From the sequence record OP617745.1: 64,000 bases of DNA; one strand, 5' to 3'. Below, piece after piece: positions 29,402 to 38,959 of this stretch; position 1 is the stretch's first letter; the number at the start of each line of letters is the position of its first letter. The position numbers and the translations under genes were made by a program. The notes under the pieces were generated by a model. The model had not been told where the DNA came from. It searched no databases and saw only the letters and a list, made by a program, of their open reading frames with translations.

Positions 29402-30238
29402 ATGAAAAATATTATTTTTAAAAACATTGCGTTTGTAAAAGATCTATACACTGGTGCATATGTATCTGGTAATAAACTAATTATCTCTGCTGGTAATGAT
29501 TATGAAGTGCAATTTGAGTCCAGTGATAAGGCATTTGAAGGTTTAACTGAACTTGATAGTCTGTTGAATGCAGAAGAACATACCAAATCAGCCAAAGCAA
29601 GTACTGTTTCTGATGAAATTACTTCTCTCTTGAACGGTATTAAAAACGGTTCAGTACTGAATACTATTAACGGCATTAATGATAAACTTCGTAATAAAGT
29701 AAGTTCATTAAAAAACGATGCACAAGAAAAAGCAATGGAAATCGCATTTGAAAAACTATTTAAAGAAGGTTCACTTGCTATCGATAAAGCTATTTCTGAT
29801 CTGGACAACGCTTTCAACGTTCTGTTCCCTGAAGATGAAACAGAAACACCAAAACAACAAAATACAACTAGCACAAAACCCACTGAAAGCACAGAAAGTA
29901 CAGAAAGTATTAAATCCAAAAAATTTAACATTGATGATATTTTTAGTACTCTAAATGTTGGTCAGGATCAAAGTGTACTAACTTTTGATAAAATCATGGC
30001 TTCTGATAAGATCATTGATGATATGACATGTACTGAACTTCGTCGTATTATTGAGATTTTCATTGATGAAATTGTGAATTCCGAAAAAGGTAAAGAGATG
30101 ATTGATTCAATCAAAACCAATTTTGGTACAGCAGAAGTTGATGCCGCGATCCAGAAAATCAAAGATACTGCATATCAGGTTTGTATTGAAAATTCAAAAC
30201 TAACATTTGCTGATGTGATGCAAAAATACTTCTTTTAA
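29402..30238 (+). CDS. hypothetical helical protein
   Basis: 278-aa ORF with T/E/S-rich linker; followed by terminator. Confidence 0.8.
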   Translation: MKNIIFKNIAFVKDLYTGAYVSGNKLIISAGNDYEVQFESSDKAFEGLTELDSLLNAEEHTKSAKASTVSDEITSLLNGIKNGSVLNTINGINDKLRNKVSSLKNDAQEKAMEIAFEKLFKEGSLAIDKAISDLDNAFNVLFPEDETETPKQQNTTSTKPTESTESTESIKSKKFNIDDIFSTLNVGQDQSVLTFDKIMASDKIIDDMTCTELRRIIEIFIDEIVNSEKGKEMIDSIKTNFGTAEVDAAIQKIKDTAYQVCIENSKLTFADVMQKYFF

Positions 30239-30258
30239 TGTATAAAATTTGATATAAT

Positions 30259-30286
30259 AAAAGCCTCCCTTCGTGGAGGCTTTTTT
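30259..30286 (+). terminator. intrinsic terminator
   Basis: AAAAGCCTCC-CTTCGT-GGAGGCTTTTTT. Confidence 0.85.
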
Positions 30287-30376
30287 CGTTCTTTTTTAAT
30301 TTAAATTGAGTCTTGACAAATAATACATTTTTATGTATAATAATCCTAATAATTAGAAAAGTATCAGGTGTGATTT

Positions 30377-30961
30377 ATGTTAAGTACTTTTAAGCGAGTT
30401 TATTTAAGAAACAACAAAATGCAAGTTCGTTTACACAAAGACGAAGCTGATTCGTTTATGGCTAAAGCTATTGTTAAATCTGAATTGTACAAACGCCTTT
30501 CACCAAAAGAAAGCTCGCCATATGGATTTAATCACCCACACAGCCATTATGTTGGATTGGTGTGTGAACACGCTGCTTATGTGTTGTTCACGGAACTGGA
30601 AGAAATGACTGGCATCAAATACGATATCGATCCAGCATTCCAGAATAGTAAAAGAGATGGTGAATGTGATTTAATTGTTAACAATCTACGTATAGAAGTG
30701 AAGGGTATTAAGTACAAATCATGGACTAATTATGGTCCGTGTATCAGTACAAGACAATTGAAGAATATTGAGAAAAAAGCAGATATCATTCTGTGGGTTT
30801 TGTATAATGAAAAACGTCATGAATTTTCGTTTGAAGGTTTTAATTATGTAAAAGATGTACATACTGTACCAGTTAAAATTACTGGTGCTAAAGGTAAACC
30901 ACAAATTAAAAATCATCCAGTTATTGATATTATCAAACCATTACAGGAATTACCAATATGA
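30377..30961 (+). CDS. PD-(D/E)xK nuclease-fold protein
   Basis: E in helix GLVCEHAA, then DGECDLIV..LRIEVKG. Confidence 0.65.
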   Translation: MLSTFKRVYLRNNKMQVRLHKDEADSFMAKAIVKSELYKRLSPKESSPYGFNHPHSHYVGLVCEHAAYVLFTELEEMTGIKYDIDPAFQNSKRDGECDLIVNNLRIEVKGIKYKSWTNYGPCISTRQLKNIEKKADIILWVLYNEKRHEFSFEGFNYVKDVHTVPVKITGAKGKPQIKNHPVIDIIKPLQELPI

Positions 30962-31215
30962 TCAAATGTAATATCGTAGTGTATAATTATGAGATTAATT
31001 CACGCGATGGAAGTGAACAATTAGTGAATTCATATTTAGAATATGTAGTTAATTTTCCAGTACTGCCAGCGATTGGTTCTGAATTGAAAATTTATACATA
31101 CAATGAAAAAGTATATGTAGTACTGGATATCGAATACAGAACACGTATTATGGACTGTCATAATGTTGACAATCCAAGTACCATGGAAATTAATATCATT
31201 GTTAAGGAAGTATAA
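30958..31215 (+). CDS. hypothetical protein (paralog of next ORF)
   Basis: LPAIGSELKI motif. Confidence 0.7.
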   Translation: MIKCNIVVYNYEINSRDGSEQLVNSYLEYVVNFPVLPAIGSELKIYTYNEKVYVVLDIEYRTRIMDCHNVDNPSTMEINIIVKEV

Positions 31216-31457
31216 TGAACCAACAATACATGATTAAAGTGGTTTTGTACAAAAATGATAGTCAGAGAACTAAAATCTGTTCTTCTTATGTTCAGTCATT
31301 ACCAAGAACCGGAGAACTTATTACAGTACTTAATGATAAATTCATTGTTGAACAAATTGAACACACACTGTATCCAATTAGTACAACCGATACTGTTTCG
31401 TGGAATATGAATCAACATTCTGAATCTGGTATTGCTATTATTTGTACAAAAACATAA
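31215..31457 (+). CDS. hypothetical protein (paralog of previous ORF)
   Basis: LPRTGELITV motif. Confidence 0.7.
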   Translation: MNQQYMIKVVLYKNDSQRTKICSSYVQSLPRTGELITVLNDKFIVEQIEHTLYPISTTDTVSWNMNQHSESGIAIICTKT

Positions 31458-31914
31458 GGTACCACATATGATGTATTTTATATTTCTGTACTTAATATGT
31501 CACCTTGTTATTGTTACTATTATGGACAGACATTCACACTTTGGATATAGTTATAAAGTTTCTAAGATTTATGGTTTTAAATCTTATTTTGTTGCACTAT
31601 TTTATAGTTATATACTCGATCCAAAGTATATGGTATTGTCTCTTATACTACAAAAAGAAGCAAACATTGATACTATTTCTAAAATAGAATTCGTATGTAG
31701 ACGATTTCTTAATTCAGATGATAAATGTTCAGTTAAATTTCATTCGGATAAAGTTATTTTTGTATATAACAACGTATTCACTTGTGGTATTGAATTAAAT
31801 CAGGTATTAGGTATAGTTGATATTTCATGGAATCATAACGTCATTATGCATCCAAGAACTATCAAGCTAATAGAAGCATGTAAAATAAAAGTTGACAGCG
31901 ACACAAAGAGATGA
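31432..31914 (+). CDS. hypothetical membrane protein
   Basis: N-terminal hydrophobic segments. Confidence 0.65.
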   Translation: MLLFVQKHKVPHMMYFIFLYLICHLVIVTIMDRHSHFGYSYKVSKIYGFKSYFVALFYSYILDPKYMVLSLILQKEANIDTISKIEFVCRRFLNSDDKCSVKFHSDKVIFVYNNVFTCGIELNQVLGIVDISWNHNVIMHPRTIKLIEACKIKVDSDTKR

Positions 31915-31942
31915 TATTATATAGAATAAACATATTAAAGAG

Positions 31943-32416
31943 GTGTATATGGATGCTTTAGCTACTCTATTCAAACTGAATACTTCAGAAAAAGAAGGTT
32001 ATTTGAGTATCAGTGATCTTGAAAATACAAGTGAATATATTTTCAAAAATACAATCAAAATTAAAGCGAATAAGGATAAAAGCAATACACATTTCACAAA
32101 ATGGATTGCTTATTGGGAGGGTGTTGATTTCGCAGTTGAAATGACAGTTCTACCAAAAGTATTAAGTACCGGATTTGTTAAAGTTGTTATTATTGATAAA
32201 AATCTTCGACCAATTTCAGAAATTGGTGAATACCCGGTTAAGGGTACTAAAGTTTTTGGTACAATGATCAATAATAAGTTCATGATCGAAAAAACAAAAA
32301 CTCAATACATCAATCAGGTTATTTCTGAATTCGAGAACAAACCTAAACCAAAAACTAAAACTGAAACCAATGAAGAATATGTTAATAAAATTAAAGAAGC
32401 ATGGGGATTGAAATAA
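31943..32416 (+). CDS. hypothetical protein
   Basis: After TTGACA..TATTAT promoter, GAGG RBS. Confidence 0.75.
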   Translation: MYMDALATLFKLNTSEKEGYLSISDLENTSEYIFKNTIKIKANKDKSNTHFTKWIAYWEGVDFAVEMTVLPKVLSTGFVKVVIIDKNLRPISEIGEYPVKGTKVFGTMINNKFMIEKTKTQYINQVISEFENKPKPKTKTETNEEYVNKIKEAWGLK

Positions 32417-32865
32417 TGTTAACTTTAAAAAATCTAAAGTACTTAATTATGATTAGTATTATCCTATTCATCTCCAATGTACCTATGGATATTTTTAAAT
32501 TTGGTGACACACGATTGGGTGCATTCATTGGTGTATATAGTTTAATATTCTGCATCATAACATTTGTGGTTGCGTTTGTTATGTTCATTGAAGATATGTA
32601 TGATGATAAAGACTTTTATTTCGAATTTCTCGGAAAAGATAGCTATTCATTTATCTGGACATTCTCTATTTTACCAGCATTAATTTATGCATTCTTTATC
32701 GCAGAGAATGGTATCATTTATGGAGTTATGGGTATCTTCTTATTTCTCTTCTGGGAAAGAATCAGAACTATTCAAAACCGATATGCTCAAGAATATCGTG
32801 ATGAAGAACTAAAAAATGAAGCAATGCGTAAGAACTATCCACCCGAAGAGGTAGAAATTAAATGA
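32401..32865 (+). CDS. multi-pass membrane protein
   Basis: 4 hydrophobic helices. Confidence 0.75.
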   Translation: MGIEIMLTLKNLKYLIMISIILFISNVPMDIFKFGDTRLGAFIGVYSLIFCIITFVVAFVMFIEDMYDDKDFYFEFLGKDSYSFIWTFSILPALIYAFFIAENGIIYGVMGIFLFLFWERIRTIQNRYAQEYRDEELKNEAMRKNYPPEEVEIK

Positions 32866-33290
32866 GTACTTATTTGAAAATTACACTATTTGTTTTTATT
32901 GTATTTCTTATTCAGTTATATGGTATTCTTGTACATAACTACAATTTACCTTCATTTCTGAATGAATCTTGGTATATTGGTTCTTTTTGGGTTGCTGGAG
33001 CATTGGGTGTACTTGGGGTAATTCTGTCAATTGCAATAATCAGTACTACAGATAACGATGCAGATAAAGAGACTACTATTAAAATGTTCGGATTTGATGA
33101 ACTTAGTCCGTGGATTTATAGTAGACCATTCCTTTTATTGGCTATCGTATTTGTACAGCTAGGTTCTCTATGGGTTGCTGTTTTCTGTTTTAGTGTGTGG
33201 TCTTACCAGACTCTTCAGATTGGTGAACACCGCGACTATTTGATTGAAAAGCTAACAAAAGAGGCAGAAAAAGGCACCAAAAATCATTAA
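32862..33290 (+). CDS. multi-pass membrane protein
   Basis: 4 hydrophobic helices; similar layout to upstream gene. Confidence 0.75.
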   Translation: MSTYLKITLFVFIVFLIQLYGILVHNYNLPSFLNESWYIGSFWVAGALGVLGVILSIAIISTTDNDADKETTIKMFGFDELSPWIYSRPFLLLAIVFVQLGSLWVAVFCFSVWSYQTLQIGEHRDYLIEKLTKEAEKGTKNH

Positions 33291-33360
33291 TCATTGACAA
33301 ATGTGCTTCACATGAGGTAATATCATTACCTCATTTTAATTCAAAAGAAGGAATGCAACC

Positions 33361-33663
33361 ATGAAAGATATTCTCATTGCAGTTGATGGTAGTGCTAAAA
33401 CAATATCAAAAGGTATGCGTCTCTCCGTAGCCAAAACCCTTAGTAATGTATGTCCTGATTCTAAAATTTTATTTTGTCAAATTACAGACAAAAATATTAT
33501 CGAATTAGATATTGATTTATTCTTTAAGTATGATCATCTTTTGTGTGGCACAAAAGCAAATATTGATCTGATATATTTAATTGATGATTTTGATCATAAA
33601 TTCCTTATCACAGATAACAGTAATATTGAAAGTTCTGAAAACCTCAATGTAGTACTTTACTAA
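33361..33663 (+). CDS. hypothetical protein
   Basis: AAGGA RBS. Confidence 0.7.
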   Translation: MKDILIAVDGSAKTISKGMRLSVAKTLSNVCPDSKILFCQITDKNIIELDIDLFFKYDHLLCGTKANIDLIYLIDDFDHKFLITDNSNIESSENLNVVLY

Positions 33664-33683
33664 TCAACTGGAGATGTATTATA

Positions 33684-34139
33684 ATGCAAAAACTCAATAC
33701 ATGGGTAGAGAATACCAGGATTTATCCACCTTCTGAAATGTTTTATCAGGCTGATTCAAAACAAGCAAAGGCCGAGAAACGCATTGTAAGCATCTGTGAA
33801 GAGCTTTATGTTTTTACCTGTACTACCCTAAGCGATATGAGAGCGGCCTACACAGAGCTTTCTATGGCGGTTAGAATGGGTATTTCGGATATGCGTCAGG
33901 TTTATGTAGAAGAAATTTGTGGAAAGACTGCATTTCATATTGATAATGCAGTAAAAGCATTAGACACTATGCATAAGCGAGATCCACTTCTACAGGCTTA
34001 TTATAAAGAATGGTCATGTAAATCAAAGGATTTAAAAGATGAAATTAAATCTACACTGATCAATGCTTTTCCGGGCGTTGATAAATCCGTACTTTTATCA
34101 AACCTACAGTACTGGTACGATAAAGAGAGTGAAAAATGA
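33684..34139 (+). CDS. hypothetical protein
   Basis: GGAG RBS. Confidence 0.75.
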   Translation: MQKLNTWVENTRIYPPSEMFYQADSKQAKAEKRIVSICEELYVFTCTTLSDMRAAYTELSMAVRMGISDMRQVYVEEICGKTAFHIDNAVKALDTMHKRDPLLQAYYKEWSCKSKDLKDEIKSTLINAFPGVDKSVLLSNLQYWYDKESEK

Positions 34140-34648
34140 CAACTGTTTACATCGATAAACGTTGTGGATTGGCAATGACTGATTCGAGAGTTACATCTAC
34201 AATAGAACGTGCTTTTCTTGGTATCTTTCCATTGCAATCAAAAAATCAATACAGTAAAGTACTACAAAAATCAATGTACATCCACGACCGATTATTTCTA
34301 AGTTGTGGTACTGTATCTGAGATTAACAAGGTACTAAGGTATTTGGTTGAACAAAAACCAATAGTACCAAGTAGAAAAGATGGATGCCACTGTCTTTTAC
34401 TTGATAAAGAGTATTGTATTAATTTTGTAATTCACAATGGTGTACTGAAAAAGTTTGTGCAATTCATTGATAAAAATTATGTATTCAGTATGGGTAGTGG
34501 TTCTTCTCATATGAAAAATGCTTTTAATGTTATTGGTTCATCAAAATTAAATAATATCTCATTATCAGAATATGTTATTGATGAATTCAGTAAAGTATCA
34601 GAAAAAGATATATATACTGATAATAATATTAATTTATACAAAATTTGA
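34136..34648 (+). CDS. HslV/proteasome-beta-like Ntn hydrolase
   Basis: N-terminal (M)TTV..., AMTDSRVT, SCGTV, SMGSGS. Confidence 0.7.
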   Translation: MTTVYIDKRCGLAMTDSRVTSTIERAFLGIFPLQSKNQYSKVLQKSMYIHDRLFLSCGTVSEINKVLRYLVEQKPIVPSRKDGCHCLLLDKEYCINFVIHNGVLKKFVQFIDKNYVFSMGSGSSHMKNAFNVIGSSKLNNISLSEYVIDEFSKVSEKDIYTDNNINLYKI

Positions 34649-34655
34649 TTAATTT

Positions 34656-34684
34656 AAAGACCAAATTGAATTTGGTCTTTTTTG
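34656..34684 (+). terminator. intrinsic terminator
   Basis: AAAGACCAAAT-TGA-ATTTGGTCTTTTTT. Confidence 0.8.
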
Positions 34685-34711
34685 TTTTATTACATATAAA
34701 AAGGATGAATA

Positions 34712-35608
34712 ATGAAAGAAGTTGATCTAAATGAACTAAGTACTGAAATCATGGAAACATTATTTGATGAATCTGATATTGAGCAATCAAAAAATATTAA
34801 GAGTACAAAAGATAATATCAGTCTCAAACATCCAACTGGTGTTACAAATGAAATGCTGTTAAATGAAATACATAATGGTATTAATGTAAAACAAAATCGT
34901 GAATTACTTATCCGTTATAATTATCCACTAGCAGTCAGTATTGCTAAACGTTGTAAATGTTATATTCCAGAAGAAGATAAAATTTCTTATGCAGTAGAGG
35001 GTCTTTTGAATTCAATTCATAATTTTGATGTTACAAAAGGTGTATTATTCAGTACTTATGCCAGTGCTTCCATTTACATGACAGTGATGAACATGAGTAA
35101 TGAACATAATAATTTAGTTTATATCCCCCGCCATGTAAGTGTACATAATGTTAATATTCGTAAATTTGCAAATGACTACGAAAAGAAACACGGCAAAAAA
35201 TGCAAACCTGAACTTATTTCAAAAGAACTCGGAATTAATGTTGATACCGTTGAGTTGTGTTTGTCTTTCCAGGAAACCACATCTCTTGATACTCCAACTT
35301 CTGATGATAGTACTGCACTAATCGATACCATTGCCAGTGATTGTAATGTAGAACAAAATGACGTTGATAGTATTGTTCTGGAATTGATGAATGAACTAGA
35401 ACCAAAAGAAAAGGAAATCCTTTCCAGAATTTATGGTTTGAATGGATATGCACCGGAAACCTATGATAGCTTGATAAGTACTGGATTTTATGATAAAAAG
35501 GGTAAACGTATCACTGTTCGCGGAACTTTACACTACAAATTTAGTACTGCACTTGAGAAACTAAAGCGTTTGGTTCGTCTAAAAGGATTAACTGCCAAAG
35601 ATGTTTAA
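34712..35608 (+). CDS. RNA polymerase sigma factor (sigma-70 family)
   Basis: Region 2 LIRYNYPLAVSIAK..EDKISYAVEGLLNSIHNFDVTKGVLFSTYA, VYIPRH, region 3 ELISKELGI/TSLDTP, region 4 LEPKEKEILSRIYGL. Confidence 0.9.
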   Translation: MKEVDLNELSTEIMETLFDESDIEQSKNIKSTKDNISLKHPTGVTNEMLLNEIHNGINVKQNRELLIRYNYPLAVSIAKRCKCYIPEEDKISYAVEGLLNSIHNFDVTKGVLFSTYASASIYMTVMNMSNEHNNLVYIPRHVSVHNVNIRKFANDYEKKHGKKCKPELISKELGINVDTVELCLSFQETTSLDTPTSDDSTALIDTIASDCNVEQNDVDSIVLELMNELEPKEKEILSRIYGLNGYAPETYDSLISTGFYDKKGKRITVRGTLHYKFSTALEKLKRLVRLKGLTAKDV

Positions 35609-35634
35609 ATTGATATTTTTTCTTTATTAAATAC

Positions 35635-35663
35635 TTGAACAAAATTTTTTACAGTGATATAAT
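35635..35663 (+). promoter_or_regulatory. sigma70-like promoter
   Basis: TTGAAC...TGATATAAT. Confidence 0.7.
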
Positions 35664-35674
35664 GTTTGTAATAC

Positions 35675-35885
35675 ATGGATGTTGGACATTCTTTTTGAAA
35701 AGAACGTATGGATAAAAACCCGATTAGCCGAAAATGTAACGCTACGGATGAGTATACCAACATATACGAGATGCAGAGGATACCCGAAAGGCGAGACGGC
35801 ATCTAAAAGGATAGGAAATAGCACTGCCTATCCCAAGCTTACATTAGGCTTGATAGATCGCAAATCTGGTTGAGTCCAGACAAAT
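35675..35885 (+). ncRNA. ~200-nt branched structured RNA candidate
   Basis: Downstream of promoter; GGAC/GTCC, AATGTAA/TTACATT, AGATGC/GCATCT, GGATAGG/CCTATCC, TCTTT/AAAGA helices. Confidence 0.6.
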
Positions 35886-35929
35886 AAAGAGTGTAAGGGA
35901 GATTATTTTCTTTTAGATATTTTGGAAAT

Positions 35930-36285
35930 AATCACGGTACTGAATTGCTTGAATAGTTCGGTACTGAAGTGCAAGTATGTTTAAACTTGTGACCGTTGCA
36001 TGTGACTGCGATAGGACGAAACAGGGCAACCCGCGTTCGTGTACCAAAAGGTATAATTCGCAATTCAAGGAATTTCGACAGCTACGAGCTTCAAGGCTTA
36101 GCTTTTTATTTCTCTTCCCCTCCCTGTGGGGGGATGAAAATATCTCGTGCAAACGCCTTCAAGTATTGAAATTCACGAAGTGAATTGAAATTACTTGGTT
36201 CTGTAGTCGAACGACAGTGAGACGTGAGAACCAAGTAATTTCTGCATGTATCAACGAAGTGCAAACGGAGTTGATACATAGCACT
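35930..36285. other. inverted-repeat-rich non-coding region (origin-like or structured RNA)
   Basis: 16-bp IR 36187-36202/36227-36242, 10-bp IR 36246-36255/36270-36279, AATTCAC-GAA-GTGAATT hairpin, TGAATTGC/GCAATTCA. Confidence 0.55.
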
Positions 36286-36327
36286 TTAAAACATTATTGA
36301 ATTCAATAATTAATATTATTATGGTTA

Positions 36328-36555
36328 TTGAAGAAATCAAATCGGAGTACTGAAATGAACACTATTATTTTTTTGATTATACTGAGTACTGGAACAACTA
36401 CTACAGTAATTAAAGAAATGCCTTCTTTAGTACAATGCAAAGTAATTATGAATTCTGTTTATAAACAACAAAAAGAAAAACAAAAAGAAACAAGTAAAAC
36501 AGATTACTATTGTTTGAATTCAACAACTAACACTGAGTACTATCCAGATGAGTGA
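36328..36555 (+). CDS. small exported/hypothetical protein
   Basis: Hydrophobic N-terminus, two Cys; start probably near 36355. Confidence 0.6.
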   Translation: MKKSNRSTEMNTIIFLIILSTGTTTTVIKEMPSLVQCKVIMNSVYKQQKEKQKETSKTDYYCLNSTTNTEYYPDE

Positions 36556-36730
36556 GTTCACATTTCTTTGTACTTTTTATTATTATACTTCTGCTACTTC
36601 AAAGAAGTATGTAAAAGAAGAAATAAACGTATATACCAGTTCAGTACAAAAAGCTATTTGTGAGGTACATTTATACTTAGTTTGTTGTGAAGTAATTGAT
36701 ATAGAATATATACATACTATACAGGAATAA
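36548..36730 (+). CDS. hypothetical protein
   Basis: Tiled ORF. Confidence 0.55.
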   Translation: MSEFTFLCTFYYYTSATSKKYVKEEINVYTSSVQKAICEVHLYLVCCEVIDIEYIHTIQE

Positions 36731-36735
36731 ATCCA

Positions 36736-37626
36736 ATGACTTTAAGACTTATTACTGAAGTAGATAAATCAGTAAGTGAATTAACAAATGAAGAATTGAA
36801 TAAATTGGACTGGAGTTCAGTACCAAAATCACAACTTCTTTCTATTTCAGATGATCGTTTGATGAAATGTCCCATCGACATTTTAACTCAAAGTTTTTCT
36901 TGTGATAACTATAGCAATGATTTGTGTTTATATATACTCACTTCTAAAATAAAGAAGTGTAAAGATTTTCGAAATGGTTATGCATTACATCATTTATTAA
37001 GTAATTTTTTTAATCCAGATTTTATCAAGAATAATAAAAAAGAAATTCTTGAAATGTTAAAACGACATGAAGAGATTCATAGTACTGTTACGTTTCCATC
37101 AGTTATTCAATACCTGATGAAACATGGAATCATTTCATTTTTTGATTTAAATATGACATTTGAAACAATCAATGTCACATGGGACGCACTGGAATCAAAT
37201 ATTCCACAAGAAGATTGGATTAAATTAATCACACGTACAAATTACCTGTATTCAACACTCACTGAACACCATTCAATACAGAATAATGTAATACCATTAA
37301 GCACTGAAAACTTATGGAAATGTGGGATTAAAATTAATCCAGTTGTTGATCTGTCGTGGGTTAAAAATGGAACATATGAATGTGATGATGATTATGTAGA
37401 AATTTTACTGGAAGATTTAATAGAACAATTAAATTGTACTTCAATCACATGGGATGAAGTACTAGAAAAATTCAATACATATAAACTTGATAGGGACAAC
37501 AATCCCCCTTATGGTGTTAATTTTATCAGTACTGTATGGGAACATCACATAATTGACACAAAGTTTGAATTGAACAGAGATGATTTTTTCAAGAAAAATT
37601 TACATCTTTACAAAACTATTGGATAA
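36736..37626 (+). CDS. hypothetical protein
   Basis: 296-aa ORF. Confidence 0.8.
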   Translation: MTLRLITEVDKSVSELTNEELNKLDWSSVPKSQLLSISDDRLMKCPIDILTQSFSCDNYSNDLCLYILTSKIKKCKDFRNGYALHHLLSNFFNPDFIKNNKKEILEMLKRHEEIHSTVTFPSVIQYLMKHGIISFFDLNMTFETINVTWDALESNIPQEDWIKLITRTNYLYSTLTEHHSIQNNVIPLSTENLWKCGIKINPVVDLSWVKNGTYECDDDYVEILLEDLIEQLNCTSITWDEVLEKFNTYKLDRDNNPPYGVNFISTVWEHHIIDTKFELNRDDFFKKNLHLYKTIG

Positions 37627-37692
37627 AAAGTCTTGACATGGAGTACTATTTGAGTAATAATACTCCTATCTTAATTTAATGAGGAAACACTG

Positions 37693-37857
37693 ATGAAAAC
37701 TCTATTACTTATTGTAGTCGTGGCTTTTGGTGCATGGTGGTTTTCTGAAAATTTTAGTATAACTTCAAAAAATGAACCACAACCTGTTCCACAAGAAGTA
37801 CATACAGATTCTATTGGAACTAAGGTTGATAAAATAATTAAAGTAATTACGGAATAA
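37693..37857 (+). CDS. small membrane protein (not in ORF track)
   Basis: Promoter at 37632, GAGGA RBS, N-terminal TM. Confidence 0.6.
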   Translation: MKTLLLIVVVAFGAWWFSENFSITSKNEPQPVPQEVHTDSIGTKVDKIIKVITE

Positions 37858-37862
37858 ATGTT

Positions 37863-38255
37863 ATGGGATTAGATGTAACTGAAGCTCAAACACTATTAGA
37901 AAACCTTAGAGAAATTAATTCAAAATTTGAACGTAATAATCTCTGTACTGAATGGGATAAAAAACTACCCAATAGATTTAGTGAAATCACCAATGAAATT
38001 TTATTCAGTACTGGTTTAGTTTGGATTGAACATACTTCTCTGTATAATGTTACATATCGCCATGAAGGTTATGTTGTTGAATACAATGAATATCTATATC
38101 AGGGCATGAAAGTACTCAAAATGTGGAGTACTGTTTATAACGAGCTAGTAATTATCTGGATTAATGAAAGTAATGGTGTTGACTTTGGTGATTTAGAAGA
38201 AAGCACTACTAAGGTAGCACCAATTTTTATTGGTTTGTCTGATAATACTATGTAA
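37863..38255 (+). CDS. hypothetical protein
   Basis: Tiled ORF. Confidence 0.7.
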   Translation: MGLDVTEAQTLLENLREINSKFERNNLCTEWDKKLPNRFSEITNEILFSTGLVWIEHTSLYNVTYRHEGYVVEYNEYLYQGMKVLKMWSTVYNELVIIWINESNGVDFGDLEESTTKVAPIFIGLSDNTM

Positions 38256-38487
38256 GTATCAAAGAAAGGTTTTGGTAATGAATGAAAAATTGTCTTTAAT
38301 TTGGAAAAGTGGTTATGACTTTAAAGTAACACCAAAGGAACTTAGAGTATTTCGTACTGAATACTGTGAGTATCTTGATTTAGACCAGTATAATACCATT
38401 GTTCGTATTGAACACAATGGTGATGTTGAAGGTCATATCAGTGAAGTACTTGATAAAGCTATTTCAATTATTGAGGCAAAATTATGA
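38230..38487 (+). CDS. hypothetical protein
   Basis: Tiled ORF; start probably 38278. Confidence 0.65.
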   Translation: MVCLIILCKYQRKVLVMNEKLSLIWKSGYDFKVTPKELRVFRTEYCEYLDLDQYNTIVRIEHNGDVEGHISEVLDKAISIIEAKL

Positions 38488-38681
38488 TTAGTTTTTATTT
38501 GGCAGTGATACTTATTAATGGTAATATCGAACGAACACTAGGAAATGGGTTTTATAAAACACCTGAAGAATGCTATACGACGACAAATTGGCCTCGTGAT
38601 AGTGAAACTCGTGAAGAATTCAAATGCATCAAGGCTACTGGTGATTTTGTAAATTTCAAAGTTATTGAGGTACAAAAATGA
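38484..38681 (+). CDS. hypothetical protein
   Basis: ATGA overlap. Confidence 0.65.
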   Translation: MISFYLAVILINGNIERTLGNGFYKTPEECYTTTNWPRDSETREEFKCIKATGDFVNFKVIEVQK

Positions 38682-38959
38682 TTCTTTCAAAAGAAGAACG
38701 TGATATTGTATTACACGCTTTATATTTTCTTGAGAATGAAAGTATGCATACGGATGCTTCTATGGCGTTGATTGAACGTCTTCAGAAAGAAGAAATGCCA
38801 AAGATTTATCGTATCCGTTATCTTGATGGGGCTGGTGGTGATCGTATTGCCATTGCTGAATCACGAGAAGAAGCAGAACAAATCTTCACTGATAATTATT
38901 TGAATCCTTTTTTGATGGAAGAAGTTTGTGAAGTGAAAAATGGTACATTTATTGGTTGA
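38678..38959 (+). CDS. MILS(K/N)EE family protein
   Basis: MILSKEERDIVLHAL. Confidence 0.75.
   Translation: MILSKEERDIVLHALYFLENESMHTDASMALIERLQKEEMPKIYRIRYLDGAGGDRIAIAESREEAEQIFTDNYLNPFLMEEVCEVKNGTFIG

Noticed and set aside
33780-33910. GC-richer patches inside ORFs (also about 8540-8650) as evidence of mobile elements
   Set aside because: They are short, keep the reading frame and have no terminal repeats; at most recombination scars or amino-acid composition effects.
35930-36285. Retron msr-msd or DGR element
   Set aside because: No reverse transcriptase ORF and no template/variable repeat pair in the window.
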